DNA from: a virus
Taxonomy: Duplodnaviria; Caudoviricetes
Length of the DNA: 64,000 nt
Strand: one strand, 5' to 3'
Virus record (IMG/VR): IMGVR_UViG_3300050336_000170
Span: 67,586 to 131,585 of that record
In this document: positions 8,782-18,560 of the stretch, piece after piece
How the letters are laid out: every line of letters begins with the position of its first letter
How positions within the stretch are numbered: position 1 is the first letter of the stretch
Notes under the pieces: model-generated
Seen by the model: the letters and a program-made list of their open reading frames with translations, nothing else
Told to the model about the DNA's origin: nothing
The model's database searches: none
Position numbers and translations under genes: made by a program

Positions 8782-9639
8782 ATGACAAATACAGTAACTA
8801 AATTACATGAAGATATAAACACAACCCTTAATAATATTATCCAATTCCCCTATCCAACCAGTAATCAGACAATTAATATATCAAAATTAAAAGACACAAA
8901 AATCTATACTCCAATAAATCTAACCAATTCATGTGATATCATAGACAACTCAATTAAAATAAAACACGATTCTGAACCAATAAAAAGTTTATCAGATATT
9001 AAACTCATTGCAGATCACCTTCTGTCACAGAAAAAATACAGAGACTATATGCTATTTATCATTGGAATTAATTTTGGACTAAGAGCTTCAGACTTGCTTA
9101 GACTAAAATTTTCTGACATTATCAACACAGACGGTACATTCAAATATAGTTTTGAATTAATTGAGCAAAAGACCAGTACAACAAGAAAGCACATTAAATG
9201 TAGATACATTCAGATAAATAAAGCAGTACAAAATGCAGTAATAACATATCTTACTGAATATTCAGACACAACATTATCTGACTATCTTTTTACAAGTCAG
9301 AAACATGATACAGATGAAGATAAAAATATTACAGACAAAACAAGACCTATAAGTGTAAAACAAATGGAAAGAATAATAAAAGATGTATGTAAAGAACTAT
9401 CCATCACAGGCAGATTTGCAACCCATACACTCAGAAAGACATTTGGATATCATATGATGCAATTGCATAACAACGATCCTAGATTTCTTGCTATACTTCA
9501 GAAGATATACGGACACAGTAGCAGTACTATTACACTTAGCTATATAGGTATCACACAAGATGAAATAGATGTAGCTTATGAAAATCTTAACCTTGGACTT
9601 AGAGAAGGATTAATTGACAGTGATGTTTATGAAGGATAA
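8782..9639 (+). CDS. Tyrosine recombinase (catalytic-domain type)
   Basis: GLRASD (R), EQKT (K), HTLRKT (HxxR), YGHS (H), LSYIG (Y) all intact. Confidence 0.93.
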   Translation: MTNTVTKLHEDINTTLNNIIQFPYPTSNQTINISKLKDTKIYTPINLTNSCDIIDNSIKIKHDSEPIKSLSDIKLIADHLLSQKKYRDYMLFIIGINFGLRASDLLRLKFSDIINTDGTFKYSFELIEQKTSTTRKHIKCRYIQINKAVQNAVITYLTEYSDTTLSDYLFTSQKHDTDEDKNITDKTRPISVKQMERIIKDVCKELSITGRFATHTLRKTFGYHMMQLHNNDPRFLAILQKIYGHSSSTITLSYIGITQDEIDVAYENLNLGLREGLIDSDVYEG

Positions 9640-9860
9640 TACAGAAACAAAACACATAAACAAGTAAAACAAAATACAACATTAAGACAACCAACACATA
9701 AAGAAACAAATTTAAAACTAAACACCAAACAGCATTAGAAACCATTGTAAAGAAAACGAAACCAGAAACCAAAAAGAAGGTATTTCTCGCTGGTTGAAAA
9801 CCAGAGAGAATAAGTATTATTATAGTTAATTTGTTTATATAGTTATGGAGGGGGAAAATT

Positions 9861-9921
9861 TTACATGATTCATGTAATAAGAAATGCATATTTTTGACTT
9901 TTGACTACATGAATCATGTAA
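9861..9921. promoter_or_regulatory. Two copies of palindrome TACATGA(A/T)TCATGTA
   Basis: TTACATGATTCATGTAA at 9861-9877; TACATGAATCATGTA at 9906-9920. Confidence 0.75.
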
Positions 9922-9950
9922 TATACCCATGAATATTAACTTGAAAGGAC

Positions 9951-10718
9951 ATGGCATTGCAAAGCAGAAAACCGTATGTAACCATACCAAGAGAGATCAT
10001 AGAACTAGAAAATGTTGATGATATTAGAATACCTATATATGTATATTTTTATTGCAGAAGACCTTTGATAGATATTGTAGGGTTTTCTATAGATAAACTT
10101 GCTGCATGTTGTGGTTATAAACCGAATAGTCACAAAAACATGATTAACGATAAATGCAAAGATGTTTTAAACCATTTTGTAAATAATGATTTGTTTTCTG
10201 AATACCCAGATGATTTCTCTGCATTTAAACATGATCAATACATTGAAGTAGCTTTAAATTATGAATGGTTTAGTCCAAAAACTACATATGCTTATATTGA
10301 GATAGAAGAGATAGACAAAATCCTAAATTTCAAAAACACAATTAGTAGCTCAAATAAAATTACTTCATCTAAATTACTACTATTACTTGCTTACATAAGA
10401 GTTAATAAACTCACACGGACAAAGATTCAGTCTGAGTCACATCCAGAAAACAAGCCAGAAATATTTTACAAGCATTATAAAGTTATTGCTGAAGATTTAA
10501 ATTTGAGTGAAGACACAATTGTGGTAGCCACAGATATACTTTGTAAGTTAGACATTATAGCAACAAAAGAAATACCAAGATATCAAGATGACTCTGGTAA
10601 CTGGCATACAGATGTAACGTTATTTGCTGATAAGAAGGAGGGGTGGGAGAATGAGTTGATATGGGGGGAGGCACATATAAAGAGTAGCAAGAAAAAGAAG
10701 TATAACCAAAACGTATAA
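9951..10718 (+). CDS. Putative winged-helix DNA-binding / replication-initiator-like protein
   Basis: Two HTH-like segments (SIDKLAACCGY; YKVIAEDLNLSEDTI); position upstream of RNAP cluster. Confidence 0.55.
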   Translation: MALQSRKPYVTIPREIIELENVDDIRIPIYVYFYCRRPLIDIVGFSIDKLAACCGYKPNSHKNMINDKCKDVLNHFVNNDLFSEYPDDFSAFKHDQYIEVALNYEWFSPKTTYAYIEIEEIDKILNFKNTISSSNKITSSKLLLLLAYIRVNKLTRTKIQSESHPENKPEIFYKHYKVIAEDLNLSEDTIVVATDILCKLDIIATKEIPRYQDDSGNWHTDVTLFADKKEGWENELIWGEAHIKSSKKKKYNQNV

Positions 10719-10736
10719 GGAGGTAAAATGTAAAAA

Positions 10737-11183
10737 ATGTCAAATAGCACAAATATAAATAAAAGTAGCATGGGTAGACCTAAGAGTAAAAACATAAACA
10801 AATCTATAAAAGAAAAGAAAACCAAAGCAGAATACACAGAAAAAGAATATAAATATTCTAAGGAAGAACAGGAACTACATCTCTACATAGATGAGATTGA
10901 CAAAGTATGGAAAGCAGATGCAACAACTCCAAGATACATAAACAAGTTAATTAAGAATGGTTGGACTACTCAGAACATTACATATTACAAAGACGGATCA
11001 CCTAAAGCAGCTACATTCATAGCTCCTAAGAATGCAATATCTATTCGCAAAACCAAAGACGCTACAAAAGTTAAAACAAATGAAAGTAACAAGCCAAAAC
11101 GTGTAATGACTGATGAACAAAAATTAGCAATGAAAATTGGCAGAGAAAATAAAAAAGCACAAAAAGCACAATTAGATAAATAA
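10737..11183 (+). CDS. Basic hypothetical protein
   Basis: 148 aa, AAGGAGG RBS, C-terminal KPKRVMTDEQK. Confidence 0.75.
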   Translation: MSNSTNINKSSMGRPKSKNINKSIKEKKTKAEYTEKEYKYSKEEQELHLYIDEIDKVWKADATTPRYINKLIKNGWTTQNITYYKDGSPKAATFIAPKNAISIRKTKDATKVKTNESNKPKRVMTDEQKLAMKIGRENKKAQKAQLDK

Positions 11184-11594
11184 TATTGAAATCATTTATT
11201 TAAACAATTAAAATTAGCATTGCAATATTGCCTATGTAGGTACAAGGGTAATATTGTTTTAGAGTGATTTATATTTATTTAATAAATGAAATTAGATAGT
11301 AATAATTAATTGTTTTATTGTTGTGTCAAATACGCAAGTAACATTATAGTTTTTACCCTCAATTTTGCACGTTTACACCATTGGGTATGTAACTATATAC
11401 CCTGCCCTATAAAAATCAAAATTATACCTAAAACATATATATCAATTAATTATTTAAAATTACTTATATACTTTGCTACTACTCCAGTACAAATGAATCA
11501 ATACTAACTAAAAATCATTTAGAAAGGATTTGATACAGAATGGAATCAACAAATATAAACAACATAAATTTGAAAGGAAATTATTTTAATTACA

Positions 11595-11903
11595 ATGACA
11601 TATTCAAAATTTTTAGAGCAAGAACCAGAAGACCGAGGGTTAGACCATGAATCAGAAGACTTTGACTTCTTTGAAACAAAATTACATAAGTGCGATTGTG
11701 AATGCTTATGGTTCAGTGATTGTAAATCAATAGGTAAGGAAGAATTTGATTACATATTAAATTATGGTTGTGAGGATTATTATTCTGCTCAACTAGATTA
11801 TACAAATGATGAGATAGTGGATAGGTACATAGAGATGGGTAGGAAAGAGTATAGAGATAGATGGATACAGGAGTATGACCAGTTTCAGACTGAGTGGAAT
11901 TGA
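11595..11903 (+). CDS. Acidic Cys-containing hypothetical protein
   Basis: 102-aa ORF with AAAGGA RBS. Confidence 0.75.
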   Translation: MTYSKFLEQEPEDRGLDHESEDFDFFETKLHKCDCECLWFSDCKSIGKEEFDYILNYGCEDYYSAQLDYTNDEIVDRYIEMGRKEYRDRWIQEYDQFQTEWN

Positions 11904-11917
11904 AGGTGTAATGTTTA

Positions 11918-12913
11918 TTGATTGAAGAAATTTGGAAAGACATTAAAGGTTATGATGGATTTTATCAGGTAAGTAATTATGGCAATGTAAAAAGTTTAGA
12001 TCGTACAATATATAAAAAAGATGGAAATACTGAATTTCGTAAAGGTCAACTTATGCAAAAAGTAATTGACAAAGATGGATATTATGTAGTTGGGCTTAGA
12101 AGACCAGATAAAAGCAAAAAGTCTTATAGGGTAAATCAACTAGTTGCTTTAGCATTTATTGACAACCCAGATAATTATGATCAAACAAACCACAAAGATG
12201 AAAATAGATTAAATAACTATGTTTATAATTTAGAATGGTGTACAAGTAAATATAATAATAATTATGGAACAAGGAACGAAAAGTTGACTACATATGATAA
12301 GTCTAAAAGAGTCGTTGTCTTTGATAAATTTGGATATTATATTGGTGTATACGCTAATCTAAATGAAGCCTGTCAATTTTATAATCTAGATAAATCGCTA
12401 TTCAGAAAGAATAGGGTATATACAAGTTATAATGAATATATTTTATGTTATGAAAATAATTTTGACACAGTACCAGAATTTATTGACCCAACTAAACTAG
12501 TAAAAAAAACAACAGACTATATAGTTATTTATAATGTATTTACAGGAGCATTGATAAAAATTTATGATGACTTAATTTTAGCAAGTCTTGATCTTAATAC
12601 AAATATACATATGATTAGAAGTAGAATTAAAAGTAAAACACCGTACAAAAATTTCATAATTAAAAAATACAAAAACAAAAACGACATTGCAAACAGTATA
12701 GAGATAACCAAATATAAAAAGTTATTTATAGTACAATATGATAAATATATGCAAGTAATTAATGTGTGGAATTCAGCAAAAGAAATTAGCAATAGACTAG
12801 GATATGATAATAGTGCAATACTTAAATGTTGTAAACAAATTAGAGAAAGTGCATATGGTTACATTTGGCGTAGAGAATATTTAGTTATGAATGAAAATGT
12901 GGAGGTGGCGTGA
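11918..12913 (+). CDS. Free-standing NUMOD4-HNH homing endonuclease with NUMOD1/IENR1 repeats
   Basis: EIWKDIKGYDGFYQVSNYGNVKS (NUMOD4); NHKDENRLNNYVYNLEWCT..N (HNH); SAKEI...IL.CC..AYGYIW. Confidence 0.92.
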   Translation: MIEEIWKDIKGYDGFYQVSNYGNVKSLDRTIYKKDGNTEFRKGQLMQKVIDKDGYYVVGLRRPDKSKKSYRVNQLVALAFIDNPDNYDQTNHKDENRLNNYVYNLEWCTSKYNNNYGTRNEKLTTYDKSKRVVVFDKFGYYIGVYANLNEACQFYNLDKSLFRKNRVYTSYNEYILCYENNFDTVPEFIDPTKLVKKTTDYIVIYNVFTGALIKIYDDLILASLDLNTNIHMIRSRIKSKTPYKNFIIKKYKNKNDIANSIEITKYKKLFIVQYDKYMQVINVWNSAKEISNRLGYDNSAILKCCKQIRESAYGYIWRREYLVMNENVEVA

Positions 12914-12916
12914 CCA

Positions 12917-15439
12917 TTGTTTGCACCTCCACTTTATACAGTACGCAAATATCCATTGAAATACATTATTGATAATAATTTTAACATCCAACATTCAATA
13001 AAAGATGATAAACGTTTTAACATTAAGCAGCAAGATAATCTACTCTTTAGACAAATTCGTTTAATAACTAAAGACAAAAAAGAATTTAATAAATATATAA
13101 CATTTGTTGATTGTAAAGGTGGTCAAAGTTATCAGTCAGAATTGACTAAGTTAGTATTAGATGGATTCAAATTAATATCTCAAGACATGGATATTAGTGA
13201 ACGCTCTGCTTCTATGACTAGAGTTCAGATATTAAGTTACGTAGATAAACAAATAGAACCTGAATTATCTGAAAGAGTATCTATGGGAATCAAATTACCA
13301 AAAACCGTGTTGTCAAAGTATTTTGCTTATCGTGGACTAATGTTAAGCTCATGTCATTGTCTTGAAAACTGGTATCCTAAGATTATAGTAGTGCCTGATT
13401 ATTACCGCATTATACCTAATCAGAGAATAAAATATGTTTACGATAAAGATACTGAATTTGTTGACAAAAACGGTATTAGTAGAAAATGGACTCAAAAAGA
13501 TATCGCTGAAAAAGTAACAGATATTAAGATCAATGTATTTGACGGGTCTGGTATTCATCATCCGCATATATCTAAAACCGTTAAAGATATGATTGGAAGT
13601 AAAACCAATATGACAAGTCTATTGTGGAGAATGCCTTTTATTAAAGGTGTAACTCATGAAATGGATTATACAAAGTTTTATGAAGATCATGGTATTAGTC
13701 ATATTATGGATATATGGGGTGTATCCCATAGTATATATGATCAAATGATTATTATTACAGAAAGTATGTATAAGGGTAAGAAATATTTTGAACAATATAA
13801 AGATATAAGAGATTGGGAAGAATATTGGAATAGATTTACAAAATATGAGCATTGTGTTGGTGTTGCGAAATGGAATTTTAGCTTAGAGGAAGAACCACTA
13901 TATACAAGAGCAAATTATCAAATACTTCAGGATTTACAATTACAATATGATGACTTTGCTATGCTTGCATTAGATAGTATAGAGTGGGCAACGAAAATTA
14001 TAGACGGAGATTTTTTATATACATATTGTTTTTTAGGATTATTCGCTGATAAACATAAACCATTAAACTCATATTGTAAAGCAATTCTAAAAAATCCAGA
14101 AATGTTAAAAGAATATGGAATTAGGCAGTATTTTATATCACTTATTTCAAAATATATAGATGAATTCAAATGCGGTAAATTGTGGCTTAAATCATGTTTT
14201 AAATTCTTAGTACCTGACTTAATTATGATGTTGGAATGGATAGGTGGGAATCAAAATCCAGAAGGTTGTCTAAATTTTGATGAGTTTTATTCACTAGATA
14301 TTGATGGTGTGTATTCAGGAGAATATGCTATTGAACGAAATCCGCACATATGTAAATCAGAACATGTAATTCTTAAAGGCGTTAATAATAATATCATTAA
14401 AGATTATTGCTCACATTTAAGTAATATATGTATGATAAATGGCAAAAGCATTACACCACAACGCCTTAACGGAGCAGACACCGATGGTGATCTTGTCCTT
14501 GTTGTCGATCATGATTTATTTAAATCAGGAATAGACATAAATGTTCCTGTGGTAATTGATATAGATGATAAAATTACCGCTTTAGAAGAAGAGATAACTA
14601 AAGAGAATCAGTTAAATTTAATTTTACGCACAATGAATTCGCTTATTGGAGAAACCAGCAATTGTGCTACTGGATATCACAACAAAGTACCAAAGACTGA
14701 CGAACAAAAACAAAAATATGAATCTTATATTGATTTATTGTCTGTTATAAATGGAAAAGCAATTGACTACGCAAAAACTGGGGTTTTATTTAACATTCCT
14801 AGAAACATTGCAAAATATAGTAAACCACTTCCCTATTTTATGAAATATGCAAGCGAATACTATAAGAAACAGAAAAATTTTTCACGGTCACAAAGTAACA
14901 TGAATCGTCTTTGTTTTGAATTGGAAAAGTGGAGCAAGACCATAAGGTTTAGACGAAAATTTAACGATTTTGATTACAGTATTATGATTGACGATTCCAT
15001 AAATATTTCAGAAGAATTGTTCTCAGAAATTGAGTCAATATATTTAGATTTCTGTAAAGAAATGAATGAATTAGGGAGACTGCAATCTAAACTCAAAAAC
15101 TATAAACAATATGTTGATGAATTTGATGGTGTAATAACATATCAAGAAGCTCAAAATACAGTTATAGACTGGAAATATTATTATAATCAGTATAAAGAAA
15201 AATGTATGGCTATATGTAAAGATCAAAAATCTCTTGCTAATATTACTGTTAGGTTATTTTATGAAAAATATCGAAATAAGAGTAATAAATTTATGTGGAT
15301 TGTTGCTGAAGAAGGAATTATAAATAATATTAAACAGATGAATATTAAATTGCCCATAAGAAGTAATGGTGGAGACTATATGTATTTAGGTAAGAAATAT
15401 GATATAGTAAAAGTAAATTCGGAGGATATACATATTTGA
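12917..15439 (+). CDS. yonO: YonO-type single-subunit DNA-dependent RNA polymerase
   Basis: 840 aa; RSASMTR, FDGSG, RMPFIKG, ERNPH, catalytic RLNGADTDGD, AIDYAKTG; synteny with SPbeta late region. Confidence 0.9.
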   Translation: MFAPPLYTVRKYPLKYIIDNNFNIQHSIKDDKRFNIKQQDNLLFRQIRLITKDKKEFNKYITFVDCKGGQSYQSELTKLVLDGFKLISQDMDISERSASMTRVQILSYVDKQIEPELSERVSMGIKLPKTVLSKYFAYRGLMLSSCHCLENWYPKIIVVPDYYRIIPNQRIKYVYDKDTEFVDKNGISRKWTQKDIAEKVTDIKINVFDGSGIHHPHISKTVKDMIGSKTNMTSLLWRMPFIKGVTHEMDYTKFYEDHGISHIMDIWGVSHSIYDQMIIITESMYKGKKYFEQYKDIRDWEEYWNRFTKYEHCVGVAKWNFSLEEEPLYTRANYQILQDLQLQYDDFAMLALDSIEWATKIIDGDFLYTYCFLGLFADKHKPLNSYCKAILKNPEMLKEYGIRQYFISLISKYIDEFKCGKLWLKSCFKFLVPDLIMMLEWIGGNQNPEGCLNFDEFYSLDIDGVYSGEYAIERNPHICKSEHVILKGVNNNIIKDYCSHLSNICMINGKSITPQRLNGADTDGDLVLVVDHDLFKSGIDINVPVVIDIDDKITALEEEITKENQLNLILRTMNSLIGETSNCATGYHNKVPKTDEQKQKYESYIDLLSVINGKAIDYAKTGVLFNIPRNIAKYSKPLPYFMKYASEYYKKQKNFSRSQSNMNRLCFELEKWSKTIRFRRKFNDFDYSIMIDDSINISEELFSEIESIYLDFCKEMNELGRLQSKLKNYKQYVDEFDGVITYQEAQNTVIDWKYYYNQYKEKCMAICKDQKSLANITVRLFYEKYRNKSNKFMWIVAEEGIINNIKQMNIKLPIRSNGGDYMYLGKKYDIVKVNSEDIHI

Positions 15440-16059
15440 TTAATGAAGTATTAGAAGTACAAGAATATTTGAATGGCAAAAATATAACAGATAAAAACTT
15501 ATATAGAATTTGTTACATGCTTGCTAAGTGGTTTAAAGAGCAGGGGAAAAGTCATATTGAGATCAGACAGTCAATATTTCAGTGGGGAAAAATAAATAAT
15601 GTTTTTATTAAATATAATGTAAATAATATAATTTATCAAGCACTAGAAGATAAGCGTAGACTAAAAGAAAATGTTATAATAAAGATCAATAACAATGACA
15701 TATTTGAAATTACAAAGAGATTTGATAGTAAAAATTGCAAATTAGTTGCTCTAGCAATATTGTGTTATGCTAAATGTTATGCTAATAGGGACAATGAATT
15801 TATAATATCAGCAACCGCCCTATCGAATTGGTTACATATTAATCATGGAAATTTGTGTGGAAAATACATACCTGAATTGATAGATTTTGGATTTGTAACT
15901 AAAGTATATTCCGAAAAGACATATTCATGGAATAAAAACATTAAGTCGAAATCTTTATGTTTAAGGTTAGAAATTAAGTTTTCTAATTCTGGTGATTTTC
16001 AACTTAGAGACAATTTGATTGAAGACTTGTATAATGAAATTTTTGCTCACAATATATGA
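15436..16059 (+). CDS. Conserved protein coupled to the RNAP gene
   Basis: 4-nt overlap with RNAP stop; HTH-like C-terminal half. Confidence 0.7.
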   Translation: MINEVLEVQEYLNGKNITDKNLYRICYMLAKWFKEQGKSHIEIRQSIFQWGKINNVFIKYNVNNIIYQALEDKRRLKENVIIKINNNDIFEITKRFDSKNCKLVALAILCYAKCYANRDNEFIISATALSNWLHINHGNLCGKYIPELIDFGFVTKVYSEKTYSWNKNIKSKSLCLRLEIKFSNSGDFQLRDNLIEDLYNEIFAHNI

Positions 16060-16188
16060 ATACTAATAATGTGTTTAATTTTGTGCTTTAATTACATATT
16101 TTAGTTTTATATTTTAACTAATTTAGACCGTCTTTATGACGATCTAAATTTTTACCATAATATTTACAAACAAAAGGAATGAAATAAC

Positions 16189-16371
16189 ATAATTCAGATT
16201 ACCCAGAGTGAACGGGATTACATTCTAAGTCTACTCCCTACTGCCCAAGTACACATGACAAGCAAGAATAAAAAAGGTCGTGGTGTCGATCACGGAAAAA
16301 CGTATTATTTATGTGAAAGCAAAGACGCAATGAGTATACTCAAAAAATATCGCAATAATCAAAATAAATAA
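16189..16371 (+). CDS. 60-aa basic protein, apparent ATA start
   Basis: AAAGGA RBS then ATA ATT CAG ATT...; (M)IQITQSERDYILSLL...KTYYLCESKDAMSILKKYRN. Confidence 0.65.
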   Translation: MIQITQSERDYILSLLPTAQVHMTSKNKKGRGVDHGKTYYLCESKDAMSILKKYRNNQNK

Positions 16372-16399
16372 AATAATTATAAAGGATGATTATTACTTA

Positions 16400-16561
16400 A
16401 TGATTAACAATTATCTCTGTGAAAAATGTGGACATTCAGAAGTGTGTAAGATTATGGATATTCTTGCTAAGTTTAGCAAAGATTCAAAGAAATCTCTTGG
16501 TGTTAATATTACAATGGATGGATGTTCTAATTATGATGATATTGACGGAGAGGATGAATAA
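16400..16561 (+). CDS. 53-aa Cys-motif protein
   Basis: MINNYLCEKCGHSEVCKIMDIL...GCSNY; AAAGGA RBS. Confidence 0.7.
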   Translation: MINNYLCEKCGHSEVCKIMDILAKFSKDSKKSLGVNITMDGCSNYDDIDGEDE

Positions 16562-16563
16562 GA

Positions 16564-17919
16564 ATATTTGATTTTAAATCAGAAATAGAAAAGTTAGGTA
16601 TTACAGTAGAGCAATACGAAAGTTGTATAACAGATATTTTTGATAAAGTTAAAAATAGCAATGTTGATTTAGACTGGTCGGATATCGTAGAGAAATACAA
16701 CTTGCCTATTACAAAAGACACCCTTAGAAAATCTTCTTCACCTATACCGTTTGGTAGTGTTTTTGTAAGTGAATATTTAAAAAGTAAAAATATTTCTGAA
16801 GATTCATTTGTAGAAAATAAGATTAGAAATTTTAAACCATCTGAAGAAGGTAATGTTGATGGATCAAGAACATTTGATAGGCTTATTGAAATATGTGATA
16901 CTGATGAAATAACACCTGAGTTATTACTTGAATTACATAAACTCGATAAATCAAGGTGGAAAGTTGTTTCATACAAGAATAATTATTGGCATAGTCAAAT
17001 TAAAGGTGGTAAACGCCTTGTAATGTATCAGAGCAAGGTTACAGTAAAACCATACAATTATGATGAGATAAGTCCATATAGTTTGAAAACTTGGTTTGAA
17101 CAATTTACACCTAAACCTATTTCTAATGTTAATCGTATTTCTAATTATGGTCAGGGTAATAGTTGCTTACTTTTGCCAGTCGTTGATCTTCACTACAACT
17201 TGTTAGCCACTACTTTTATTACTGGTAATGAATATAATTGTAAAATAGCAAAAGATAGATTTTTGAGTGTAATTGATGATAACATTGAACAATCAAAAGA
17301 CAAAGGCGTTTCTAAAATTATATTCCCTATTGGTAATGATTTATTTAATGCTAATGGTATAAACGGGACAACATTTAAGGGAACTCAACAAACAAATGAG
17401 AAACATATATTTGAAGCATATATTGAATTGTTTGAAATTATGGTGGAAGCTTTACGGCGTTTGGGAGAAATAGCTCCTGTGGATGTAATATATATACCAT
17501 CCAACCATGATAAAGAAATTTGCTTCTATTTTATTTATAATTTATATACTCAATTTAAAAATGAAACGAAAATTAATGTTAATGTTGATTATTCTCCAAT
17601 TAATAACAAATATCGTAGATTTGGTAATACATTAATGATGTTTACTCATGATGTAAAAATGGATAAGGCTGGAAATATTGTTTTTGATGAAGCTGATGAA
17701 TTAAAAGATGGAGCTAAGTGGATCGAAGTGTTTTTAGCCCATTTACATTCAGAAACAGTAAAACAAGAGCGAAATATTACACTTCGTAGATTACCAACAA
17801 TAAGTGGGAAATCTAGTTGGACGGTAGAGAGCGGTTATGGATCAAATCTAGTAAGTCAATCTTTTCTAATCAATGATAGGTATAATATCAGAAATGTTCT
17901 CTATACAATGGTGGATTAA
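16564..17919 (+). CDS. Calcineurin-like metallophosphoesterase (SPbeta YonJ-like)
   Basis: DLH, GND, SNHD, THD, AHLH motifs; frame open upstream of track start to an ATA at 16564 behind GGAGAGGA. Confidence 0.8.
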   Translation: MFDFKSEIEKLGITVEQYESCITDIFDKVKNSNVDLDWSDIVEKYNLPITKDTLRKSSSPIPFGSVFVSEYLKSKNISEDSFVENKIRNFKPSEEGNVDGSRTFDRLIEICDTDEITPELLLELHKLDKSRWKVVSYKNNYWHSQIKGGKRLVMYQSKVTVKPYNYDEISPYSLKTWFEQFTPKPISNVNRISNYGQGNSCLLLPVVDLHYNLLATTFITGNEYNCKIAKDRFLSVIDDNIEQSKDKGVSKIIFPIGNDLFNANGINGTTFKGTQQTNEKHIFEAYIELFEIMVEALRRLGEIAPVDVIYIPSNHDKEICFYFIYNLYTQFKNETKINVNVDYSPINNKYRRFGNTLMMFTHDVKMDKAGNIVFDEADELKDGAKWIEVFLAHLHSETVKQERNITLRRLPTISGKSSWTVESGYGSNLVSQSFLINDRYNIRNVLYTMVD

Positions 17920-18146
17920 TTATCTTAACAAATTACGATTAAGTCCCACATTTTACAGTGGGTACATATAGCTCTTAGATGAGCAACAAAGAAACAGGGT
18001 GGGGATTTTTATTATATTAAGCGAGAACACCCGTGACTTCAGTCATGGGATGAATCGCTTGCATATGTTATTCAAAATAGTTAAATAAATGGCGTAATTA
18101 CTTGACAAATTGCTATACATATGTTAAAATAAGTATGGTGATAAAT

Positions 18147-18560
18147 ATGGAAATTAAGTCAGGTAGAGGATATGTATATTCAATTCAATATCATATAGTA
18201 TGGTGTGTAAAATATAGGCATAAAATACTCAATGATGTTGTTGAAAGTAAATTAAAAGGTATTCTAAACAAAATATCAAATGATAATGGATTCACAATAA
18301 TTGAGTTTAATTCAGATAAAGACCACATACATTTGTTAATAGATTGTTGTCCGCAACATTATATTCCAGATATTATAAAAGCATTAAAAGGTGTAAGTGC
18401 AAGGTTATTAATGAAAGAATTTCATGATGATTTAGTTAAAAAGTTATGGGGAGGACATATTTGGAACTCATCATATTTTGTGGCTACAGTAAGTGAAAAC
18501 ACTGAGGAACAAATAAAACAATATATAAAGAAACAGAAAATAAAACAGAAAGAGAGGTGA
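18147..18560 (+). CDS. tnpA: Y1 HUH transposase
   Basis: [19 protein letters not shown], catalytic YI; track start 18102 is the -35 box of TTGACA-17-TAAAAT. Confidence 0.95.
   Translation: MEIKSGRGYVYSIQYHIVWCVKYRHKILNDVVESKLKGILNKISNDNGFTIIEFNSDKDHIHLLIDCCPQHYIPDIIKALKGVSARLLMKEFHDDLVKKLWGGHIWNSSYFVATVSENTEEQIKQYIKKQKIKQKER

Noticed and set aside
11520-11535. Second target for the copy-1 TnpB guide (GAAAGGATTTG)
   Set aside because: Partial match reflecting a shared RBS motif; no correctly placed TTAAG TAM
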